Assembly (NCBI RefSeq): GCF_038025025.1
Contig: NW_027117343.1
Span: 558,001-622,000, forward strand
DNA from: Phyllosticta citribraziliensis
Taxonomy: Eukaryota
Length of the DNA: 64,000 nt
Reading direction: 5' to 3'
A program made the translations under genes and the position numbers. Each line of letters starts with the position of its first letter. The first letter of the stretch is position 1. Shown here one piece after another: positions 38,008 through 47,744 of the stretch. Below the pieces are notes generated by a model. It ran no database searches, had not been told where the DNA came from, and saw only the letters and a program-made list of their open reading frames with translations.

Positions 38008-39572
38008 TCAAACAGCCGCCTTGCGAGAGATGCGCACGGCGGCGTCGCCCTTCAACCACGGACTGCCAATCTTGGTGAAGTCGAGGTCGAACTTTGCGGG
38101 GCGCCCGGGCTTCCCCCAGTCAAACGTGCACTCCTTGACGAAAAAGCCAACCACCTCGCGAGTGACGAAGCCAGCCATCTTCTCTCCAGGACACCTGTGC
38201 GAGCCCTGGCCAAAGCCCAAGAAGACGGAGGCGTCGGCCGCCTTGGGCGCAATCAGCTGCGCCTTGCCATCGATCCATCGCTCGGGAAGCCACTCGTACG
38301 GGCGCGCAAAGTTGTCGGCGTCGTGATGGGTCAGGTACGGCGAGATGGAGACGATGGAGCCGGCCGGCACGACGACGTTGGACTCGGGAAGCGTGACGGG
38401 GTCGTGCGACAGGCGCAGCATGTTGACGCCCGAATAGTGACGACCCGTCTCCTTGAGGCAGGCCACCAGCAGCGGCGACGAGTGGACGTTGTCGACCGTG
38501 CTCAGCTCGTGGCGCAGTTTGTCGAGGATGTCGGGGTTCCGAAGGAGCTGCCAGCAGATCGATCATCAGTTCCTTCCGCTCCCGCTCGCCGGCCGATCTT
38601 TGCTCGGAAACAGACTTACCTCCGTCATGGTCCAGGAGATGCTTGCAACGGTCGACGTGTGCGCCGCGAACATCAAAAGGGTGTGGTGTGCGGGGAAGAA
38701 GTCCTTGAGCGTCAGAGCCACCTTGTCTCGCAGCGTGTGCGAGATGTAGTCTTCGGCGTGGGCCCACTGCTCCGGACTCTGTTCGCGCTCCCTCAGTCGC
38801 TCGCGGAAGATTTCCTGCATCTCATCGCGCTTCTTCCACAGCCGACGGGCCGCAGGATGAGGAACCCAGTCGGGCAGGAGAAAGTGCAGTATGTTGCCAA
38901 TGTCGGCCTCGACGGCGTGCAAGAGGTGGTACAGGTCGTCGACGTTCTTCTCGTAAAAGTCGGGGCCCATGAGGCAGCGGACGATGATTTTGTGGACGAG
39001 ATAGGACACTGACTCGAACAGCTCGATATCGGTGCCGGAGCGAGTCCAGTCATCGACAGACTTGGATGCCTCCTCGCGCGCCACACCAGCATAGTGGTTC
39101 AGAGCCTCGCTCTTGTTGATGCAACGATTCAGCGAACCGACGAGAGTGCGAAGATGGTCGAAATAGCCCGGTACGACGACTTTGTTCAGAAAGAGTCCCT
39201 GGAAAAGGTCAACAAAAGAAATTCTTGGGAGAAGAATAGAGACTGGAACTCTCGGAAACTTCTGGTACTCACCATTCCACCGCCAAACGACCAGGTATCT
39301 TCCTTGACGTGCGTGTAGAACTTGTTCAACTTGTTTCCCCGGAGCCACACATTGTCGCGGAAGAGCATGCGCACCGCGAAAATGGGACCGCACTGCGACT
39401 CTGACTGCGTAATGGCAGCAACTGGATTGTTGGCAAACGCAGCCGCATCTCCCAGCAGCGGAGGGCCACCGAGACGCGGCCGCTTCAGCTTCTTCGACGC
39501 GCCGGCGCGGGCGACGGCCGCCAGAACCACCACCAGCGTGCAAAAGAGAATGTAAACTGCCTTGGCCTCCAT
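38008..39572 (-). CDS. Cytochrome P450 (CYP51-clan-like; PynD/PytD-type candidate); 2 introns
   Basis: N-terminal TM anchor; I-helix FAAHTST; ETGR (ExxR); PERW; heme motif FGQGSHRCPG. Confidence 0.92.
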
Positions 39573-39657
39573 GTTTGCCGTGCAAAGGCGTGGTTCTCGC
39601 AGCACGCAGGCTATATCAGAGGCGGCACTGGCCGCCGTGATTTGCTCGCGCCGCGTC

Positions 39658-39673
39658 TCCGTGCGCGGACGGG
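39658..39673. promoter_or_regulatory. TCCG-N8-CGGG variant candidate Zn2Cys6 site
   Basis: TCCG TGCGCGGA CGGG in the 223-bp P450/MFS bidirectional promoter. Confidence 0.5.
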
Positions 39674-39795
39674 GACAGCGCGCGGGAAGACGGACCTGCA
39701 GCCAACCAGGCATTTGAGTTGAATATAGAGGCCAATTATCATGCGAGTGCCGTGCCATCAGAGTTCGTTTCAGTCGTCGCAAACTACGGTCAACC

Positions 39796-41365
39796 ATGGG
39801 TGAGAAAGCAGAGCTCTCCGAGTCTAATTACGCATCGTCCGAGGCGCTGCCTCCTTCGTACACGGCAGATGACGCGCATGGCGGCTCTGCGGAAAAACCC
39901 AATCGCACGCGGGCTGCGGTCGTGGTCGCAGGTGGATTCATCGCCTATTTCGTAACTTTTGGTAAAGCTTCCGGCAATCTGGAGTCTGGCGGATGCTAAT
40001 GTCTGCGTTTTAGGGTTGCTCAACACGTTTGGAACCTTTGAAACCTTTTATCACGATGAGCTTCTTCATGGATACAACCCTAGCACGATCTCATGGATTG
40101 GATCTATCCAGGTAGGCGGTATTCTGTGCAGTTGCTCCGACGGCTGGCTGACGCTGGCAGCTTTTCCTCTTGTTCATTGGCGGCATGTTTGCTGGGCCTG
40201 CCTTTGACGCTTTTGGAGCACGCGCAGTCTTCATTCCCGGAGGCGTGCTCTACGTCTTCTCGCTCATGATGACCAGCCTGTGCACCAAGTACTACCAGCT
40301 CATTCTGGCCCAAGGCATTCTCTACGGAACCGCAAACGCAATGCTGTGAGTCTATCTGCGCCCGCATCAAGCTCACAAGCGCAAAGTTTCTGACGCACGC
40401 AACAAACAAGGTTCTATCCGACCATTTCCACAATCCAGTCTTGGTTCAGCCACCACAGAGGCTTGGCCACGGGCATTGTGATCTCTGGCTCGTCCATTGG
40501 AGGCATCGTGTGGCCCATCATCATCCAGAAGCTTTTCAACACGATTGGATTTGCATGGGCCGTCCGCACCGTCGGTTTCATCTGCCTCGCCCTCCTCATT
40601 CCTGCCTCTTGGTTTATCGTTGAGAAGAAGTCTGCCGGCCCAAAGCCTCCTCTGCCAAAGGATGCTTTCAGCGCTCCTTTCAAAGACGGAACTTACTTGG
40701 TCACCACTGCTGCGTTCTTCTTCATCTTTTGGGGAATGTTCCTTCCGTTCTACTACCTCCCGACGTACGGCCTCAGCCACGGCATGAGCAAAGATGGAGC
40801 CAACTACCTCTTGGCATACCTGAACGCAGGCTCCTTTGTCGGGCGTCTGTTCTCTGGCTACATGGCTGACAAGATTGGACCGTAAGTGTTTTTGCACCCC
40901 TCGACGTTCCAGTCGCTAATGGATACCAGCTTCAACATTTCCATCTTCTGCTCACTGGTCGCCGGCGTGCTTGCCTTGGGCCTCTACGCCAACCAAGAGG
41001 AGTACAGCCTTGCAGGGACGGTCACCTTTTCCGTGCTCTTTGGTCTGTTTTCCGGTGGTTTGATCTCGCTCCAAGCAACCTGCGTCACGCGCATCACCCC
41101 AACCCTCAATGTCATCGGCCTCCGCATTGGTCTGATGCTCGCCATCTGCTCTATTGGGTAAGTTGCCCCTGAAACAACTCGAGTCGATCCCTTGCTGATT
41201 TTCAAAAGCGCACTCACGGGAGCCCCACTCGGTGGAGCACTCCTCTCCGACAGGAGTGACTGGGATGGCTTCCTAGGCTTCACTGCCGCGTCGCTCCTCT
41301 TCGGCGCCCTTCTCGCCATCTGGGCTCGCTTCAAAGGCGACAAGAGATTGATGGCCGCGTTCTAA
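39796..41365 (+). CDS. MFS transporter, monocarboxylate porter (MCT/Mch) family; ~5 introns
   Basis: TFG/LLNTFGTFE, SWIGSIQ, GPAFDAFG, QLILAQG, RGLATGIVISGSSIGG, GRLFSGYMADKIG; multiple hydrophobic helices. Confidence 0.88.
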
Positions 41366-41686
41366 TCTTTCACTCTTCATCATTAATCGCTCAAATTGCT
41401 AATGGTCACGACATCTCATGTTTTCATATTGTTCGGATTCGGGTCGGATAGAGGCGGTAGGGGCTAGAGGTCTAGACAAACAATCATGCAAATACGAACG
41501 CATCAATCTTTTCTGCCTCAGGGGGTGATGCGCGGCCGTCATCTCCCTCGGACCCTCTTGTTCTCGAAAGTCGTGACACCGGAGAAGAAGAAGCCACAAC
41601 GCTCCGGAGCGTGGCATGAGTAGCGTCATTCGTACCAATATGGCAGTTCTCGTCAAGTGCCGGCCGGGGACTGCCGGCATTAGCGC

Positions 41687-41702
41687 TCCGCCCGTCGACG
41701 GA
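41687..41702. promoter_or_regulatory. TCCG-N8-CGGA candidate Zn2Cys6 site upstream of the BBE-like oxidase
   Basis: TCCG CCCGTCGA CGGA, ~225 bp upstream of ATG 41926. Confidence 0.62.
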
Positions 41703-41925
41703 GGCTCTGCGGGCCTCCGCAAAGTCATGGAGTGCGGTCAGGCGAGTCCCACACCAGGCGGGCCACATGACAGCGGGTCGATGTCGAGCCCACCGCCGAC
41801 GGGCTGCATCTCAAATAGTCGAAAAATGGTCGTGTAGCCAAGGGGATACTGTGCTTGCCGTCGACTACGACACGCATTCTTTTCGCTCCTCGTCCGTCTT
41901 GAACGAGTCTGGCTTGCCGCAGGTC

Positions 41926-43871
41926 ATGTTCTTCCAATCACTTGCGTGCGGCGCGCTGTTCGCCGCCGTGGCGGCTGCCGCGCCTGCCAGTTCCAGCGCC
42001 AGTTCCAGCAGCTTGGCGTCTTGCGTGAGCCAGGTCTTCGCAGCGTCGGACCCGAGCCAAAGAATCGTAACTCCGGAGAACTCGACATACACGGACGCGC
42101 GATTGGGGGAGAAGATCCAGTCAGTAGCCAGCCAGCCTCCTTCCATTTTTGACCCCAGTCCCCCGTATCCATCCCAGACAGGGGTACAGGTTGTTTCCGA
42201 AACTGATTGTTGAGCTTCTTTGCAGGTTTGAAGAGTTCCCCGCCATCATAGCGTACGCGAAGGACGTGGCGGAAGTCGCCCCGTTGGTCAACTGCGCCGT
42301 CGCGCATGGCGTCCCTCCCGTGGCGCGGTCTGGCGGCCATCAGTGAGTCCCCCTGGGCCTAGACCCCTTACCCCTGTCCTGCTCTGTCCTGTCCTGTTCT
42401 GTCCGCACGAAACTGACTCCGGCGCGCAGTTTTCTGGCCTACTCGTCGCTCAACGGGTCGCTGGTGATTGACCTCTCGCACGTGAACCACGTGAGCGTAT
42501 CCGCCGACAAGCAGACGGCCGTCGTGGGCGGCGGCATCCGTCTGGGCGCGCTGTACATGGCGCTGGACGCACACGACGTGACGTTTGTCGGGGGCATCTG
42601 TCCGACAGTCGGGCTCTCGGGCTTGCTGTCCGCCGGCGGCTTCAACATGCAGATGCGCGCGCTGGGCCTGACGGCCGACTACATTGCAGCTGCCAAGGTG
42701 GTGCTGGCCAACGGCACGACGGTCGAGGCGTCGCCGTCGTCCAACGCCGACCTGTTCTGGGCCATTCGTGGCGGCGGCGGGAGCACGTATGGCATCGTTG
42801 TCGAGGCTACGCTCAAGTTGGTCACGTTCCCGCGCTTTGCGGCTATGAGTCTGGAGTGGAGTGGTGGTGACGCGCAGACGCGGTTTGATATTGCCAAACG
42901 CTTCCTGGAATGGGGGCCCGCGCTGCCCAAGGAGGTCACTTCGCAGATCAACGTGTACAAGGACACCATCTCGATTGTCGGCGTGGGTGTTGGGCTTAGC
43001 AAGGATGAGCTCCAGGCGCTCGTGGACGATTCGGGACTGGGCGCGTTGGGCAATGCCACGGTAGGTGTCTTTGGCGGTTGCAGCACCGACAACATGCGCA
43101 CATTGTAAGTCGATTGCCCCAAAACCACACGCCGCGATGAGAGAAAGGAGAGAAGCTCACCGCTTCCAAACATAGCGGCTACACCTCCTTCGCCTGCGAA
43201 GCAGACGACAAAGTCGACAAGAAGATCCTCAACGTCGTGCCAGACCCCTTCTCGAAACTCGACAGCTACCCGCAATTCAGCTACGACGAAGCCACCAAGT
43301 CGTCCACCGTCGCGCAAGCGGACCCCTGGTCGCGCTTCCGGCGGCTGAGCAAGTCGTTCTTCGTGCTCGACTCGCAGCCGCTGCCCGACGACGTGCTGGC
43401 GCGGGTGCTGCAGCTGATCGCGGCGGCCGACGACGCCAGCCAGATCTGGGGCGAGTGGCACGCGTGGAACCTGACGGCCGCGCCGGCCGGCGACAGCGCG
43501 TTCCCCTGGCGTGAGAGCGCCGTCGCGCACCTCGAGTTCCAGATCCACGGCAGCAACGACACGGCGCAGCAGCAGTCGTACGAGACGCTGTTTGCGGAGT
43601 TGGAGTCGGTGCTGAGGCCCGCCGTTGGGTGAGTGTTGCGATCCTGTTCTCCTTGATGGCGAAAGTTGTGTTTTTGCTGACGGCTTTGCGCAGGCCCGCT
43701 TCGTACTCTGGGTACATGGATGCCAGCATCTCGGTCGACCATCTCGAGGCTTACTACGGCGACAACGTCGAGCGACTGGTCGGCATCAAGCAGGCGTATG
43801 ACCCAAACAATGTTTTCCACAACCTCTATTCCATTCCTGTCGAGCTGCCGGCCAATGTGTCGAGTTACTAG
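41926..43871 (+). CDS. Secreted FAD-linked oxidoreductase, berberine-bridge-enzyme-like (PynB/PytB-type candidate); ~4 introns
   Basis: Signal peptide; RSGGH (FAD-linked His), GICPTVGLSG (second covalent Cys), DLFWAIRGGG..YGIV, C-terminal YYGDNVERLVGIKQAYDPNNVF. Confidence 0.9.
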
Positions 43872-44249
43872 CGGGGGAGTCGCCGGCTTTGTGTAGACTT
43901 TTCCGTTGTACTTTTGTAGCGTTGCGAGTACCCTAATGGATCAATCAGTTGCTCAATGTAGGAATTGGACGGTTTGTAGATAGAATCAATCCAAAGACTC
44001 GAACAGCATACTCGGGATGAACCAGATGGCGAGCACGCCTCGTTCATGCAAAGTGTCCGGGATGGAACGATCCCAATGGCCGCATGGGCAGGTAGGTAGA
44101 CAACCTCAAAGCAACCACGGAACAACAAGACCCTACCTGGCACACACCCCTTCCCCGTAACCCCTTCCGTCAACATGCCCAACCGGCAAAACCAAGGGCC
44201 AAAACGCAAAAGAGCAAAAAGAAGAAAGGGCAAAAACAGCTCCTGTGGT

Positions 44250-44336
44250 CAGACTGGCCAGGACTTGAACCTGGGACTTGCCGTGGATGCGAATGTGTGA
44301 ACCAGCGACATGCGTTACCAACTACGCCACCCGTCC
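44250..44336 (-). tRNA. tRNA-like gene with ~15-nt intron; canonical reading gives anticodon GGT (Thr), possibly a pseudogene
   Basis: Minus strand: GGACGGG TG GCGT-AGTTGGTA-ACGC A TGTCG CT GGT T [CACACATTCGCATCC] A CGGCA AGTC CCAGG-TTCAAGT-CCTGG CCAGTCT G; intact A and B boxes, TTTTT terminator ~13 nt downstream; one acceptor-stem mismatch and T37. Confidence 0.7.
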
Positions 44337-44785
44337 ATAAACGTTTGTGTGTGGTGCTGTATGGTGCATTAGCTGTTGCGACACAATATATACCAATGAA
44401 ATGATTTACTGCTTCGTTTGATATTTGATGTCTGATGATCCAAGAACTGTCTCGCATCGGGGTGATTGGAAAGCAGTTAGTCGACACATCAGAGGTGACT
44501 TTACAGAGCACCGAGTAGATCGTTCCATTGCGACCTTTCTGCCTGACGGCCTCAAAATAAGCCCTTTCAATCAACCAGTCAACCAAGCGAGTGAGTTTTG
44601 TCCGTTACTTCCTTCTCTTTTTCTTTCGTCTTCACATTTCAAATTCCGTTTCTCCCGTCGGCGGAACAACGTCACTTGCGCTCCCACCACACAAAGCAGA
44701 CAGCAAAGAGACACAAAATCCGAAACGTATCCCCACCTCTCACGCAGCAACCTTGGCCTTCATTGTCCGTCCTCTTCTTCCTACC

Positions 44786-45687
44786 CTACTCGTCGGCGGG
44801 CGGCTGCTTTGGCTTCCCCGTCGGCTTCGGGTCCTTGGGCTTCGGAGGGTCCTTGTGATCAGGCTTGCCGGTAGGTTTGGGGCCCTCAGGCTTCTTGTGA
44901 TGCTCATCGCCGCGAGCTTCGACGGGAGGCTTACCCGTCGGCTTCGGGCCCTTGGACTTTGGTGGCTCCTTGTGGTCAGGCTTGCCAGTCGGCTTTGGGC
45001 CCTTGGGCTCCGGTTTCTTTGATTCGTGGCCCTCGGGCTTCTTGTGCTCCTCATCGCGTGCTTCGACGGGAGGCTTGCCGTGCGGCTTTTCGGTGGGCTT
45101 GGGGCCTTTAGGTTTGAGATCCTCAGGCTTCGGCTTCGGCTTCTTGTGCTCCTCATCGCGGGCCTCTACAGGAGGCTTGCCGTGCGGCTTGCCATGAGGC
45201 TTGTCAGTGGGCTTTGGTCCCTTGGGTTCCGGCTTCTTCGACTCGTGGCCTTCAGGTTTCTCGTGCTCCTCACCGCGCGCCTCAACAGGCGGCTTGCCGC
45301 TCGGCTTCGGGGCCCCAGGCTTCGGGGCGCCATGCGGCTTGGGCTTCGGCTTCTTCTTGTGCTCCTCATCGCGCGCCGCGAGGGCAGCGGCAGCTGGCGG
45401 TTGGTCCGCGTGGTGGTGCTCCTTTGGCGGGTCACCGGGGTGCTTGTGGTCGTTGGAGTCCGGGTGGTGCTGCTGGGTCGCGACGTCTCCGGGCAGCGAG
45501 GACGCCGCTGCGGTGGGGAGGCCGGTGACTGCGACGCTGGTGGATGGGTGCGTGTTAGTTGGGGAGAGGAAGGGAAGGGAGGGTGAGTGGGTGTGGGAAA
45601 GGAGGAGGGAGAGAGGAGGGAGAGGGGGAAGCAGTAGACTCACCTCGCAGACGCAAGCGTAAGCAGCAGCGTGTTCGAAAAACGCAT
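44786..45687 (-). CDS. Secreted Pro/Lys/His/Glu-rich repeat protein
   Basis: Exon 1 MRFSNTLLLTLASA plus intron from 45643 gives a signal peptide ...SVAVTGLPT; five units each preceded by (E/A)AR and starting DEEH, GEEH or GDEH. Confidence 0.75.
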
Positions 45688-47467
45688 AATGGCGAATGCT
45701 GCTTCGTTTCTTGACCGCGAAGTGATGAAAAAGGCTGTGGAAATGTCGTCTGTTCCTGCAATGGCGAATTGGGTTGCTTGCTTGCCTGCCTCCAAACCCA
45801 GCCAGCGGCTTCCAAACACCCTTTTATATTCCTCCTCTTCCACGCTTCTCCAGTCCAGCCTGTACGACATTCCTCTTTCCCCTCCCTCTTCTTTTCCTTT
45901 CCTTTCTTTCCATTTCCTTGACACACTGTTACACCCATCTCTTTCCCAATCCATGGCCATTGGCTTCAGGCCCATCTCCAACACCCCCTCCCGCACACAG
46001 AAAGAATGGCACGAAATGAAGCCAAGAAAATGGGCGACGCAAGCACACCCACCTACCCAGTCACTCACTGACGCAGCCCATTCCACAGCCATGCCGTCAT
46101 GCGGAGCCACAAAGGCACTCAAGCTGCTGCACGACGTAGCTGCTGTTCACAGTCGACGGCCTTCTTTCGACGCCCAGGACCATGGCGGTGGTGTTGGCGG
46201 CATGCCGCCGTGTACGCCTCTTCCTTCAAGTAGATGTGGATGTGTGGTTTGCCCTGCCTACCTCGCAAGGCGTGATGCGTCGTCGTTGGCCTTAGGAACC
46301 CGTAGCCGTAGCACATCAATCACAGCACGCAATGCAGTGGCGGCAGCGGCAGCAGCAAAACAACAGCGAGCGAGCGAGCGGTCAGTAGCTGGCTAGCCCT
46401 GCCGTGGCTGCTAGTAGTAGCACATAGACAGTAGTAGCGCAAGGACGAAGCTAAGCTTTTGCGGCTCGATCTGATCTGGGGTATATAGACGACTGTGTGT
46501 GCATGATGTGTGTACAGTGATGCTGCAGTGCTCCCACCGAAAGCAAAAGAGCTGACGCGTCAGTCAGTCGGTTGGCGGGTTGCTGACGACGCCCAGGGGT
46601 ATTGTGCTACCATGAGGTGCTGCCATGCAATGCCGTTGTTGACTGACGACATTTGATGAAACACCTCCAGTGTTCATTCAACGCGCAACGGCCCGCCCGC
46701 TTCGATCACGCCTTGTCTTGTCTTCCTCGTCTTGTGTTCTGTTGCTGTTCCATGCTGTCACCTCTCAGGGCACGTCACAGACGCTGGCTCTTGGTTCAGT
46801 TGGTTACCTGAGGTTGCCGTATTCCCGGCCATGCAAGCATGTTTCTGTTATTTTGTCATTCTGTAGTCTTGGTTTGCTTGTACTGCTGTAGAGAGGATGG
46901 GAAGAGAGAGACAGGACGGAGAAAGACAGGATGGCAAGAGAGAGGATGGGCAGAGGAAGCGGGGCGTGCAAGCATATATCGTCAGACGTCCTCTTCTCTG
47001 CCTCAAGGCCGCGGTGCAATTTCGCCGCTCTCTCCGCGCGTCTACGCCCACTTCGAAGGGTAGAGAGAAGAACGGGGAATCTGTAGACCGCGGCATGGCG
47101 ACGCGATGTCCACCACTGTCTTACTGACAGACAGGCAGACAGACAGACAAACAGACTGGCTACCCATAGCTCAAGAGGCAAGGAGGCAGCCAGCGCCGTC
47201 CACAAGACCGCCGTACCGCCGTACTGCCGTACTGCCGTCACTGCCGTCCCATCCAGCCCAGCTCAGCCAGTCCAGTCCAGTCCAGTCAGTGCCCCACGAC
47301 GACCCGACACGTCTGTCCGTCTGCGGCATTTACCATGCATTCTCCATCTGGCCCTTCCCCGCCTTGCCACTGCAGCCGACTAGGGGGTACGATGGTGGTG
47401 ATGATGGTGCTGGTGCGGCATATGCTACATGCCACGACAGAGCTTGGAGTCGAACACAACGCTGTGC

Positions 47468-47516
47468 TGCTCTGCTCTGCTCTGCTCTGCTCTGCTCTGC
47501 TCTGCTCTGCTCTGCT
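47468..47516. repeat. (GCTCT)n pentanucleotide microsatellite
   Basis: About nine consecutive GCTCT units. Confidence 0.9.
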
Positions 47517-47744
47517 CCCAACACCACCGATGAGAGGGCACCACCAGCCAGATCAGAGACAGAGTCCTAACGCCGAGAGCGAGAGCGAGAGCCTTCGGTG
47601 TTGACGGGGCTGTCCAACATACGGATTGGTCGAGGAGCGGCTTTTCGATGCTCGGCACCATGGGAGGAGTGCCCCATATCGCACAACTCTTTTCCGGATG
47701 GGTTGTGATGGACCCAAGATAATCCCATCCCTCCCCCCCATCAC

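Noticed and set aside
38008..39572. CYP51 self-resistance gene (restricticin-type logic)
   Set aside because: Lacks CYP51 substrate-recognition motifs, and a tailoring P450 is expected in this cluster family.
44790..45380. Regularly spaced DNA repeats resembling a CRISPR or satellite array
   Set aside because: They are the coding repeats of the secreted protein; eukaryotic context and no cas genes.
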